A stretch of 64,000 nt of DNA, from positions 67,644,001 to 67,708,000 of the forward strand of contig CM059438.1 in the NCBI GenBank assembly GCA_030390025.1, written 5' to 3'. The translations under genes and the position numbers were made by a program. A model generated the notes under the pieces. That model worked only from the letters and a program-made list of their open reading frames with translations, made no database searches and was not told the origin of the DNA. Positions 1 to 12,181 of the stretch are shown piece after piece. The number at the start of each line of letters is the position of its first letter. The first letter of the stretch is position 1. Source of the DNA: Squalus acanthias (lineage: Eukaryota).

Positions 1-670
1 TAACCATGCCCCCATGTGTAAAACATACCCGTTCCCCCCTCCCTCACACTTTTGGCTGTTAACATTTTTTAAATATTATTTGCCCAAAAGTTCTGACTTG
101 AATGTGATTGTTCAATGTTCTAAAAAAGAAAAAGGATTTGTGTTGGAGAAAGGTTACTAGTGTGGATGAGTGAATGGCAGACAGCTAGAAGGCATTGGGT
201 TCAGCATGACCAAGGCCAGAGTTTAAGCTACATCTCTGGCTAAAAGGAAGGGCCTGTTGAAAAAGGCACCCAGGCTTGACGGGAATGGCCATCTAAATTA
301 ACACCTCCCATACCAGGCGATTGAAGTTTTCAGACAGGGGCATATGGTGATGGTTGAGATGTATGGCAGACAATATTCACGCATTTTGCCCCACCCCCGC
401 TCCCCGGCATTCTTTTAATAACCTTGACCAAAACTGAAGAGAACAGCATAGTTGGAACAAAATCAGCTGCTGTGCGATGTTGTGTAGCCGCATTGAGTTG
501 ACACCACATGAAACACCAACAATGCATCCCAACAAGAGAGAAGGGTGCTGAAAAAATAAGCTGCAGCTTGTAAAAGTTAGAATAATTCAGGGCAATTAGA
601 GATATTCAAAATAGAAATCATTATGGAAACAATCAAGCACTGGGTGCAAGAAAACTAGGCGACACTGTTG

Positions 671-1188
671 AACATAAGAACATAAGAAATAGGAGCAGGA
701 ATAGGCCACTCGGCCCCTCGAGCCTGCTCCGCCATTCAATAAGATCATGGCTGATCTTGGGCTCAAAGCCACTTCCCCGCCCGCTCCCCATAACCCTTCA
801 CTCCCTTATCTTGCAAAAATCTGTCTATCTCCACCTTAAATGTATTTAATGACCCAGCCTCCACAGCTCTCTGGGGCAGAGAATTCCACAGATTTATGAC
901 CCTCTGAGAGAAGAAATTTCTCCTCATCTCAGTTCTAAAAGGGCGACCCTTTATTCTGAAACTGTGCCCCTGAGTTCTAGATTTCCCCACGGGGGGAAAA
1001 CATCCTCTCTGCATCTACCTTGTCGTGCCCCCTCAGTATCTTATATGTTTCAGTAACATCACCTCTCATTCTGCTAAATTCGAATGAGTATCGGCCCAAC
1101 CTGCTCAACCTTTCCTCATAAGTCAACCCCCTCATCTCAGAAATCAACCGAGTAAATCGTCTCTGAACTGCCTCCAATGCAAGTATAT
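671..1188 (-). mobile_element. CR1-type LINE, 5'-truncated 3' end
   Basis: ORFs 977-1201 and 763-1014 give CR1 RT C-terminal motifs (ALEAVQRRFTRLI, RNFFSQRVINLWNSLP); 3'UTR ends in an (AACATAAG)n tail at 671. Confidence 0.9.
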
Positions 1189-2131
1189 ATGCAATACACA
1201 TCTAATCTACTAAATACATATTTAAAAAGTCCCCCCCTCTCGAATAAGTATTAAAAATGTTGAAACAATAAATGCCAGTAAATACCACTTGTATTGATAA
1301 CTTTCTTGTTTTCACACCATGCTTTTAATACACATTGCACTTGTTAAGTTGGTTGACGATACACATTGAAAGCTTGACCTCATTCATGTCTATATTACTG
1401 CATTCCTCTATTCATGGAAGGAAAGAAAATGAGGACATTTTAAAACCGAAAACTGCAGCCAGTCAAAGCGGGTGTAATTATTTTGTTTGATTTGTTTGAT
1501 GACATTTTCTATAATGTAAAATGGCACGGCGGCTGATCGTTCAAGAAGAGCTGTTAGGGCCTTTGCTGAATGCATTTTCTTAATAGATGTGCTTAAACTG
1601 TTTTCAGTCGTGGCCTGGAAAATTTTGAGTGCAAGCCATCTGCTGTTTTGATGTTGATTGCCTGTGTAGCTCTCTTTGCCAATGTCAAATTAGTTGCCCT
1701 CCATTTGCAGTTTTCTCAGGAAGATGGCTCTGAAACGGTCCTTAAGGAATACCTGTGTAAATATTTTACTTCACAATGATTCAAAGCATCAATCCCCACC
1801 AAAGAAATATGTCAATATTTAGCGCATTTAAACTTTAACCGGTCTAATTAGTAATTCCAAGGATAGTTGCATCTCTGCACCTTGCTGTTTTGAAGCTTTG
1901 CGAGCCTGGTGATTGGCTTCAAAAGCTATGCAGCTAGACAGACCAAGACTGAGTTCCATGAAATGCTGTATACTTCAAAGTCTTGTATTCAAGTCTGTAA
2001 GAAATCACTTCACTTTTATTATAACTGATAAAAACGTCCAGTGAAGCCAGACTGCTGAAAACCATTTTAATTTGCTCAGCTAATGTTTCTCATGCTCTGT
2101 GAGTGCAGTAGTGTAGTGATCATATTAAAGT

Positions 2132-2230
2132 AAGAACTTGCATTTCTATAGCAACCTCAGGACATTCCAAAGCGCTTTAGAGCCAATCAAGTACTTTTTT
2201 GTAGTGTAGTCACTATTGTAATGTAGGAAA
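2132..2230 (-). mobile_element. Deu-domain SINE (SacSINE1-like) 3' fragment
   Basis: Matches the SINE 3' end also seen at 41186-41465 (aagcgcttt..agccaat..aagtactttt..agtgtagtcact..tgtaatgtaggaaa). Confidence 0.7.
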
Positions 2231-3299
2231 AATGGTCTAGTAATTCAGAAGCCTTGATTAATAATCCCGATAATCTATCATTTGCAACCAATTATTTGCA
2301 TCTTGGAATGGTGGGACCTGGACTCGTTACTGAATTTTCAATTCTCAAAGAGCTGGACATATGTTGAGTGACCGTTCTTGCCATTTTCCATTGGATGGTG
2401 TGTGATCTGAATGCGAGTCACGTTGACCTGATCTTGCACGACCCCCCAACGGCGAGTGGCAGAATTTTTGGAATTTGTCGTCTACTCATCACAGCTGTCC
2501 CAAGTAAGCGGGAATGGCGGGACAGTTTGACTGGATGTGAAAGAGCAAAATCCTTAACTTCAAAAATCTGAACTTTTCAACTGTCCTATATAGTGGAGCT
2601 GAACTTTATTTGTGGGATCTTTGCTGTGACATTTTTACTCCAGTGCCTTGGTTCTTGAGTTGACTATTTAACTAGCCGCATTTGTCACACACATCTCTCG
2701 CACACTGTGAATAGTTAGTCATTCTCATTTTCACGATGGAAATACAAATGACAGCATTTCAAATCCATATAATGTCATTGGGGCAATTTTCGGAGCCCCG
2801 ATGAGGCGGGTTTGGAGGCGGGAAAGGCGGCAAAATCGCAAAAAATGAGTGCGGGTTCGGAAGCCGCCTCCAAGCCGTCTTAGCGCAATTTTGCCGGTGC
2901 CGGTTTTGCAGCGGTGGGAAACGGTCCCGCCTCCAGCAGGCCAGAGAGGTTGTTAAGAGCCTTAACTGGTCGTTAAGGGCCTCTCTAATCCTATTTTGGC
3001 AGGCCTTCGTTATTTTTTGACATTTTCAGCGTCTTCCACGACCCTCCTAAACCACGCCAGCTAAACCTGGCGGGGTTGACAAGTGGGTGGCCTCCTCACA
3101 GCTGCAGATCCACCATTAAAACGGAGCATTCATCAGGGATCAGTTGCAGGTGGCAGAACTTTGCTTTAAAAGGTGTTTCAGCACTTTTAGCAGGCCTTCT
3201 GAAGTCTGAGGTGCTGCAGCTTGTTTCTATCAACAGTGGGACCTCCTTGGAAGACCGGTTGGAATGAGCACTTCCCCAATGGAGGTATCGGCCAGCGGT

Positions 3300-5272
3300 A
3301 TGGGAACCATTCATTTCCTTTCACCATAGACCTCAGATTCAGATGAGGAGCATCCACAGCAGCAGCAGAACCAGGCAGCTCAGCAGCAACAGCAGCAGGA
3401 GCCCCAACCTCCTGCTCAGCCACCTGATGCTGCACAGGGCAGAAGTCGCCAGCGCATCGAGGCACCTCACTGCAGGAGATATCACCAACAGAGGGTTTAC
3501 AGACGGGGGGGGGGGTGATTTTCTCAATGGGAAGCTTTTGGAGGCGGGACTCCCACTTGTCAGGTTTCAGTCCCGCCTCCATCAGCTTCTGGCCAACCAG
3601 CGGGATTTTCCCCTGATTGACCTTGTTAAGCCGGCCCGGCGGGCTTAGCAGGCCAATTAGGGCGAAGCTGATTGCAGAGCACGTCAACGTATGACGTGTC
3701 ATCTGTCAAGAATTTTTGAAAGAAGCAATGTCGTCGTTTGACAGCTCTGTGAAGCTGTCAAATACTGACATTCTGTGTAGTTTGATGAGGTCTTGCATAC
3801 AAGACCTCATCAACCTTCTTTCTTTTACAGAAATGAGATGTTTGTTGCATCTGAGAATGCGACGGCCATCTCTCATCTGCAACACGGAGGTGCGAGACTC
3901 TCCGTATAGAAACCGACTGAAGCCTGCAGGAAGAAACAAAGGTAAGTACACTTTTTAAAACACTTAGGACTTACCTCAGATACTCACCTCTATATTCTTG
4001 CACCCATCACTTACCTTCACACCACACTTTTGCACCCCCGCAGACCCAGTACTCGCCTCGCTGAGCTGGCGTGTTTTGGAGCCTTCGGGAAGCCCATACT
4101 TGTGAGGGCAAAAAGGGGATAATCCTATTTTCTGCCTGTCAACAGGCAGTTAATAGGCTTTAATCCCTTCCCGCCTCCAAGGAGCCGGAACCCAGCGCTG
4201 GACGGATACCCGCCTCTTGGGAAGATGGCATGGAGGCGGGTTGGGGGTGGGTTTGTGACCCGCCCCCAAATTCTGCCATTTTCCTGGCAGTCCCGCCTCC
4301 TCGGGGCTGAGAAAATCAGAGGATGAGCTACCTCCAACATGAGTAAGCAGCAGTGCCAAAGGAGGCTGAGACTTTCGCGAGAGTTTGTCTGAGTGATCTG
4401 CGGACTGCTGCAGCAAGACCTGGTGCCCAGTGGCTGTCAAAGTCACCACCGCACTCAACTTCTTTGCCTCAGGCTCCTTCCAGGGATCATCAGCGGCATC
4501 TCCCAGTCGTCCGCCCACAGTTGCATCACGCAGGTTATCGATGCCCTTTTCGCAAAGGCGCACAATTACATCCAGTTCTCAAGGGATCAAGCAAGTATAA
4601 CCGCGTGTTCGGTTGGCTTTGCAAATATGGTAGGCTTGCTAATGGTGCAGGGCATCATAGCCCCTTAGGGCACCCCATCACAACCCAGCTATCTTTGTCA
4701 GCCGCAAGGGCTTCCACTCCCTCAACGTACAGCTGGTGTGTAACCAGAAGAAGGAGTTTTTGCATGTTTGCGCCAAGTTCTGTGGTAGTTGCCATGAATC
4801 TTTCATCCTGCAGCACTCTAGTGTTCCTCCACTTTTCAATCCGCCAAACCAACTTAACGGATGGCTCCTTGGTGACAAAGGTTATCCCCTGAATAAATGG
4901 CTAATGACGCCGATCAGGAGGCCAGCTAATGAGGCTGAAGAGCGCTACAATGCCAGCCACACTTCGACCAGGTCCATCATCGAGCAAACCATTGGGTTGT
5001 TGAAGATGCGCTTCCGTTGCCTTGACCGATCAGGTGGAGCCCTGCAGTATACACCATACAGGGTCTCCAGAATGGTCGTGGTCTGTTGTACATGGCACAG
5101 CGTCGTGGCTTGCAGCTTCCTCATGAGCAAGTGGCTCAGTTCCAGGCCTCCTCAGAAGAGCAGGAGGAGGAGGAGGAGCAGGAGGAGGACCGAGCGCCGG
5201 TCTATCGACCAGTGGCAGCACATGGCTGCCCAGGATGCAAGGGATGCACTTATCCTGGCTAGATTTGCATAG
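3300..5272 (+). pseudogene. HARBI1-like (DDE_Tnp_4) Harbinger transposase pseudogene
   Basis: Q-rich N-terminus, RVYR|QRMSYL split by a [61 protein letters not shown]; several frameshifts and a deletion near 4660 that removes the first catalytic Asp (GIIDCTH motif). Confidence 0.92.
3505..4317. mobile_element. Harbinger-type MITE (family A) inserted in the transposase
   Basis: TIR GGGGGTGATTTTCTCA...TGAGAAAATC (right end clipped); colinear with the copy at 35556-36378. Confidence 0.88.
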
Positions 5273-5534
5273 GTTGCCTATGTTGGCACATGTCCTTGGC
5301 TCCATCTTAAGACATCATAGAAAATGAACATGACTCTCTGGCCTCCTTTCACTCTGGCCACCAACCTGACAACGCAAGTGTCGTGGAGCCCGCAATGTGG
5401 AGCTGTCTAAGGTGAAAGAACAGGTGCCATCACGCCAACATTTTGCCATCAAATCAATTTAATGATTTCCAACAGGGATGGCATTTCATCAATACACATA
5501 AACATTCATCCAATCTGCACACAGATCTGAAGGT

Positions 5535-7058
5535 TATATTGACGATCATTTTCCAACATTCCTTAGACTCTGGATCAGTTCCGATGGAGTGGAGGGTGGC
5601 CAATGTAACCCCTCTTTTTAAAAAAGGAGGGAGGGAGAAAGCAGGGAATTATAGACCGGTCAGCCTGACATCGGTCGTGGGTAAAATGATGAAAGCAATT
5701 ATTAACGATGTCATAACAGACCATTTGGAAAGTGGCGACATGATAGGTCCAAGTCAGCATGGATTTGTGAAAGGGAAATCATGCTTGACAAATCTTCTGG
5801 AATTTTTTGAGGATGTTTCCAATAGGGTGGACAGGGGGGAACCAGTAGATGTGGTGTATTTGGACTTTCAGAAGGCCTTCGACAAGGTCCCACACAAGAG
5901 ATTGGTGAGCAAAGTTAAAGCACATGGGATTGGGGGTAATGTGTTGACGTGGATTGAGAACTGGTTGGCACACAGGAAACAAAGAGTAGGAGTAAATGGG
6001 TACTTTTCAGAATGGCAGGCAGTGACCAGCGGGATACCGCAGGGTTCGGTGCTGGGACCCCAGCTGTTTACATTATATATTAATGATTTGGACGAAGGGA
6101 TTTAATGTAATATCTCCAAATTTGCGGATGACACTAAATTGGGAGGCAGTGTGAACAATGAGGAGGATGCTAGGAGGCTACAGAGTGACTTGGACAGGTT
6201 GGGTGAATGGGCAAATGTATGGCAGATGAAGTACAATGTGGATAAATGTGAGGTTATCCACTTTGGTGGTAAAAATAGAGAGGCAGACTATTACCTGAAT
6301 GGTGGCAGATTAGGGAAAGGGGAGGTGCAACAAGACCTGGGCATCATGGTACATCAGTCACTGAAGGTGGGAATGCAAGTGCAGCAGGCAGTCAAGAAAG
6401 CAAACGGAATGATGGCCTTCATAGTAAGGGGATTTGAGTACAGGAGTAGGGAGGTGATGCTGCAGTTGTACAGGGCCTTGGTGAGGCCACACCTGGAGTA
6501 TTGTGCGCAGTTTTGGTCTCCTAACTTAAGGAAGGACATTCTTGCTATTGAGGGAGTGCAGCGAAGGTTCACTAGATTGATTCCTGGGATGGCCGGACTG
6601 ACATATCAAGAAAGATTGGGTCAACTGAACTTGTATCCTCTGGAGTTCAGAAGAATGAGGGGGGATCTTATAGAGACATTTAAAATCCTGACTGGTTTAG
6701 ACAAATTAGATGCGGGCAGAATGTTCCCAATGTTAGGGAAAACCAGAACCAGGGGTCACAGTCTAAGGATTAAGGGGAAGCCATTTAGGACTGAGCTGAG
6801 GAGGAACTTCTTCACCCAGAGAGTGGTGAATCTATGGAATTCTCTTCCACAGAAGGTTGTTGAGGCCAGTTCGCTGAGTATATTCAAAAAGGAGTTAGAT
6901 ATAACACTCACAACTAGGGGGATCAAGGGGTATGGCGAGAAAGCAGGAATGGGGTACTGAGGTAGCATGTTCAGCCATGAACGCATTGAATGGCGGTGCA
7001 GGCTCGAAGGACCGAATGGTCTACTCCTGTACCTATTTTCTATGTTTCTATGTTTCTA
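5535..7058 (+). mobile_element. CR1-type LINE, RT domain plus 3'UTR, 5'-truncated
   Basis: ORFs 5443-6105 and 6139-6960 ([38 protein letters not shown]) separated by one in-frame TAA; (TTTCTATG)n tail. Confidence 0.95.
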
Positions 7059-7219
7059 TACCTTGCCAGCTGGACCCACACAGCCTTGGTTTCTTTGTAA
7101 GGCCTCTTCCTCCCAGATGAGGGTAAGAGCACCTCCCTGCTAGCTCTCGCCCCCTCAACCAATATTTGCAGCACGTCATCCGAGAACCTCTAGGATGCCC
7201 TTGCCTTGGAATTGGATTC

Positions 7220-7725
7220 AAAACAAAAGCAAAATACTGCAGATGCTGGAAATCTGAAATAAAAACAGAAAATGCTGGAAATACTCAGCAGGTCAGGCAG
7301 CATTCTGTGGAGAGAGAAACAGAGTTAACGTTTCAGGTTGATGACCCTTCGTCAGAACTGGAAAAAGCAGGAAATGGAACAGGTTTTTAAGCAAGTGCAG
7401 GGGCAGGAAAAGGGGGGAGGGGAGGAAAGAACAAAAGGGAAGGTCTGATAGGATGGAAGGCAGGAGAGATCAAGAGATATTAAGAGATGGTGCAAGGCAA
7501 AAGGAGATAGTAATGGGACAAGTTAAGAAACAAAAGATGGCTCTAGATGAAGTGTAAATGGCACTGGCAGAATGAAAGACAACTGCCATGTGGGAGAGAG
7601 AAAAAATAAAATAAAATAAATGGAAAAAAAAAGAAAGGACAGGGGCAGAGTTTATGGTCTGAAATTGTTGAACTCTATGTTAAGTCCAGAAGGTCTGTGA
7701 TAGGATGGAAGGCAGGAGAGATTAA
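7220..7725 (-). mobile_element. Penelope-like element 3' end / pseudo-LTR
   Basis: Minus strand near 7657-7693 encodes PSGLNIEFNNFR, typical of a PLE GIY-YIG C-terminus; hammerhead motif at 7323-7359; internal direct repeat 7441-7470 / 7691-7722. Confidence 0.78.
7323..7359 (-). ncRNA. Minimal type I hammerhead ribozyme motif (PLE-associated)
   Basis: Minus strand: agtt-CTGACGA-AGGgtcatcaaCCT-GAAA-CG-TT-aact; stem I AGTT/AACT, palindromic ACGT stem III. Confidence 0.65.
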
Positions 7726-7726
7726 C

Positions 7727-8502
7727 GGGGGCGTGTTGGAGGCGGGACTACTGATTGTCGGGTTTTAGTCCCGCCTCCATCGACTTGTGGCCAAACCACG
7801 CTATTTTCCCTTGATTGACCTTGTTAATCCCGCCCAGCGGGCTTTGCAGGCCAATTAAGGGAAAGCCGGTGGCAGAGAAAAATTTTTGACAGATGAATTG
7901 TCATCGTTTGACAGCTTTGAGAAGCTGTCCAACACTGACATTCTCTGTTGTTTGGTGAGTTCTTGTACTCAAGGCTCACCAAACCTATTCCTGAGCAGAA
8001 AGCAGATGGCTGTTGCATCGGAGAATGCAGCAGCCATTCTGTCATCTCTGCCGTGGAGATGCTGGAGCCTCCAGATCCCCAACGATTGAAGCCTGCAGGA
8101 AGAAACAAAGGTAAGGAAACTTTTTCTAACCCTTTTCACTCACCTCACATACTTACCTCTCCACACTTGTACCCATCACTCACCTCCACAGCGCACTTTT
8201 GTACCCCTCTCACCCCCGCAGACCCACTGCTCGCCTCGCTGACCCTGGCGGGTTTTCCCGATGTCGGGAAGCCCGCACTTCTGTTGGAAAAATGGGGATA
8301 ATCCTCTTAACTGCCTGTTACAGGCAGTTAAGTGACTGTAATCCCCTTCCCGACTCCAGAAGATGGGACCCGGCACGGGTCGCGTACCCACCTCCTGCGA
8401 AGATGGCACGGGGGCGGGATGGGTACCCGCCCCCAGATTCTGCCGTTTTCCCGGCAGTCCCGCCTCCAAACTCGCTTCCCCAGGGCTGGCAAAATCACCC
8501 CC
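7727..8502. mobile_element. Harbinger-type MITE (family A relative), left end truncated
   Basis: Colinear with 3505-4317; ends in AAAATCACCCCC. Confidence 0.82.
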
Positions 8503-8504
8503 AC

Positions 8505-8955
8505 AGAATCATAATGGCACAGAAGGAGGCCATTCGGCCCATCAAGTCCATGCCGGCTCTCTGTAGAGCAATCCAATCAGTCCCATTCCCCCTGCTCTAT
8601 CCCTGTAGCCCTGCATGTTTATTTCCCTCAAGTGCCTATCCAATCTCTCCTTGAAAACATTGAGTGTCTCCGCTTCCACGACTTCCGTCGGCAGCGAGTT
8701 CCAGGTCCTCACCACTCGCTGCGTAAAAAAGTTTTTCCTCACATCCCCCCTGTATCTCTTGCCCAAAACCTTAAATTTGTGTTCCTTAGTCCTTGTACCA
8801 TCAACTAGTGGGAACAGCCTTTCCCCGTCTAGCCTATCCAAGCCCGTCATAATCTTGAACACTTCTATCAAATCACCCCTCAACCGCCTTTGCTCTAATG
8901 AAAACAAATCCAGCTTCTCCAAACTCTCCTTGTAGCTAAGATCCCCCATCCCCAG
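8505..8955 (-). mobile_element. CR1-type LINE 3' end
   Basis: ORF 8542-8949 (RRLRGDLIEVFKIM...FFTQRVVRTWNSLP) plus 3'UTR. Confidence 0.9.
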
Positions 8956-9679
8956 TGAGGGTGAGGATCACTTAAAACTAAGAAAAACAAGTTTATCAAT
9001 TTAAAAAAAAAATAATAATAATTTCTCTAACAAGGCCTGTTTTTTTTCAAACTTGATTTGCATTATGTTGCAAAAAATGAATTCTCAAACACCTGCTTGA
9101 AAATATTTCAAAACCAGATATTTACTAAGCACAGAGGCATTTCTATTTGTATCTTGGAATTCCCATTGCTTTGTCCGCACAGCTGTCACTTTCAGAATGC
9201 CTGGCTTGCCTTGTAGACAATTTAGTTGCAAATTCATGTGTTCGATGTACTTGTTACTCATGCAGCCTTCTGCAAATGAACCCAGCTTGGTTATTTTAAA
9301 ATGACGGCGACTGCTGCCAATGAAGTTGAAGTAGTTGGGCGCGCACAGTTTGTGTTTTTTCGCTTGTTCACTAACTGAAAAGAAAATATCGTCGCCATCA
9401 CAAAGAAAACACTTTCCAGAGAGAAAGGAGGGGAGGGGAGGGAGTGGGGAAAAGAGATCGCTGCTGCCGAACAGAGCCGCATCAGGAAAAGAAAATCTGC
9501 GCCAGCAAAACTCATCAAACGTCCATTTTAATTCATTTTCTTCTCCTTTCCTTCACAGAGAGCTCGCACTCCAAGCAAATACATCTCTGCAACCCTCCCC
9601 CTGTGGAAATTATTGTACATTAATACTTAAACCAACCCATAGCTCCATTGATTTATGCGATATTACGATATTATATATT

Positions 9680-10170
9680 CTTCTTAGGCAGTCTCTCGGA
9701 ACCGAAGTTGACTTGTTTCTGCATTAAAAATGAGTTCTCAAGTGACTGATGAGTCCAATTGATGAGTCCAATGCGGGACCTACAGTCTCTGTCACGGGGG
9801 GGGGGGGGCGGCGGGGGGGGGGTGCTTGGGTTGACGTGCGCTCCTTGCGCTGCTTGCGCTTGGTTTCCGCTTGCTCCTGGCGAAGAGACTCGAGGTGTTC
9901 GGCGCCTTTCCGGATGCTTCTCCTCCACTTTGTGCGGTCTTGGGCCAGGGATTCCCAGGTGTCAGTACAGCCTTCGGTTGCCTGAGGAAGAGAGTGTTTG
10001 AAGACCAGGACCTCAAACCCGGCACCAAGCTCATGGTCTACAGAGCAGCAGTGATACCCGCCCTCCTGTATGCCTCAGAGACATGGGCCATGTACAGCAG
10101 GCACCTCAAAGCACTGGAGAGGTGCCACCAACGCTGCCTCCGCAAGATCCTGCAAATCCATTGGCAGGAT
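9680..10170 (-). mobile_element. RTE LINE copy with 5' inversion
   Basis: 9680-9965 matches the 3' end of the RTE at 38348-39117 in the same orientation; 9963-10170 matches its upstream part in the opposite orientation; flanked by a 13-bp near-perfect direct repeat. Confidence 0.88.
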
Positions 10171-10454
10171 ATTATACATTAAAACTTTAACCACCACAGA
10201 TTTATGCGCAGACGGCTTCTGCGCAGCTTCCGGTTCATTGGCAACAATCACTCTGTATTAAAATTGGGTTATGTAAAAAAAAAAAAATACCTGTTTGCTT
10301 TCTACTCATCCTTGTCTGAAAGGATTTTTTATTTATTTTTAAAAGGAAATTAATGCATTTCTCTTAGACTTAAAATAGTGACATAAATTAAGTGTTACCA
10401 AACACTGCCAATACACTTGAAAGAGCTGTGTGCATTGTTTCACTAGGATACCTT

Positions 10455-12181
10455 GGGCTAAATTTTCCAGGGTAGTAGCGGGCGCGATCGGTGGCAGGTC
10501 GGGAGGGAAAGTTGTTATTTTTGACAGCGGGTTGGGAACTCTCTGTCATCTCGCTCCCACGTGCCTTTCCCACAGGTGCGTCTGTAATCACGGAGCCGAC
10601 CTGACCGGCAGTGGCAGGCGACCTATTTGAGATGATTATCAGGTAGTTTACAGGCACTTAAGAGCCTTTATTCACCTACTTTTTAAATTTCCCTGCATGG
10701 CCACGGGATTCACGCAGCTCGGGAACCATGTCTGTCAACCTGAGGCGGGAGCTGCATGCCCATTGCTCCAGCTGATTACTGGACAGCATGAAATGTTCAG
10801 TGAAACCGCCCACCTGACAGATGATCACTTTCCTCAGGCAGAAGCTGTTGCTCAGTCCATTTCCAGCACAGATTCTGCAGGCTGCAAGTGTTTCCAGCAA
10901 AGCCTCCATCCAGTGTCACCTCATTGGAAGAACTCTCTCACCATTGACAGATCGCTTCTGTCATCTGTACTTCACCTGCCAGCTATTCCATCAACATGGG
11001 TGCCGTTTATACTGTCTCACCTTGGTCCTCAGAATTGAACCACGATGAGCCCCAACACCAGCAGCACCAACAACAACACCAACCTTCTCCGCAATCACCT
11101 GATGCTGCACAGGGCACCAGCACCCGAGCACATTGCTGCCCAGGAGGCCAGGGATGGCCTCATCACGGCCAGTCTTAGTTAACTTTATGCTGTACACCCT
11201 GGCTGCCACATGAAGCGCCAGGTTGGCACCACCCCACACCAACAGCATAAAGCATCCCGACAATGACCAAGTCATTCCTTTCACACTCATCACCATTCCG
11301 GGGCGGGGGGGTAACCGTTATGTCTCACCGTTCACTGCAACTCACTAAGTCACTTCCAAAGGTGCACACAAATCTGTCCAAGACTGGAAAGTGTTGAAAA
11401 TAAAGATTTTTCTGTTTGACAGCACCTTAACAGAAACTTTACATAAAGATTGGATAAAACACCCAAGTGGCTATCCTTGTGTGTTGTTAGTTGGTATGAT
11501 TGCACTCGGATGAGGGTGAGTGTGAGGGATGGCTAGTGAGTTGGGGCTGTAATAATGTAGATAGAGAAAGAGGGATGAGTGGGCGTGCAAGGTAAGTTGG
11601 TGTGAGTAAGGATGTGCAGGAGTAGGGTTGGGAAGGCAGAGTGATGGGGATGTGATGAGAGGCACAGCAGGATGTAGTTGAGTGTAACTTTGTACTAACA
11701 TTTCCTGATCTAATGAGATCATTGAAACGTTTGCATCCCTGCTTGTGAGCTCCTCTGCAATCTGCAACCAGGCTGTCTTGGTCTCCTGGCGAGATCTCTT
11801 CCGCCCATCAGAACGGAAGAGGATCTCCCTACGTGCTCTGACTCCCTCCATAAGCATATGGAGGGAGTCATCGGAGAACCTGGGTGCAACCTTCTGCCTC
11901 TGTGCAGTCATTGTCAGTGTTTGCAGCACTCCAATGCTGTAGTGCACCGACAGCACTATGTTAGATTAAACTTCAAATGTAATGTGGCCATGGTCCCTTT
12001 AAAGATCCCTGTTGAAAACGCATCATGAATAACGTCACCAGACTCGCTCCATCTCATTGGGCCGTGTAACACGCTGGGCGGGCTTAATAGGCCCCATTAA
12101 GGTAAGTTCATTTTCAACAGCGGGATGGAGCCAGTAGTGGGGTCGCCACCGGACCCACCCAGGTAGGCAAAATACAAGCCT
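10455..12181. mobile_element. Internally deleted Harbinger element with 5' ends of transposase (+) and Myb/SANT gene (-)
   Basis: Left TIR GGGCTAAATTTTCC; ORF 10996-11178 resembles the transposase N-terminus at 3300; ORF 11471-11956(-) has a Myb_DNA-bind_5-like APRFSDDSLHMLMEGVRARREILF...AWLQIAEEL. Confidence 0.85.

Larger units (their letters stand above)
2780..7215 (+). mobile_element. PIF/Harbinger DNA transposon, decayed, interrupted by a MITE and a CR1 LINE
   Basis: Begins with TIR-like GGGGCAATTTTC at 2780, has GGAGGCGGG subterminal motifs and contains the transposase pseudogene; right end not found, so the 7215 limit is a guess. Confidence 0.7.

Noticed and set aside
4736..5272. ORF as a functional host HARBI1 gene
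   Set aside because: Upstream frameshifts, lost first catalytic Asp, MITE insertion and a TIR context indicate a dead transposon
9743..9775. CTGATGAGTCC, duplicated here and also at 38417, resembling a hammerhead core
   Set aside because: It is the antisense of the RTE ORF end plus a 13-bp slippage duplication; no stem II-GAAA follows
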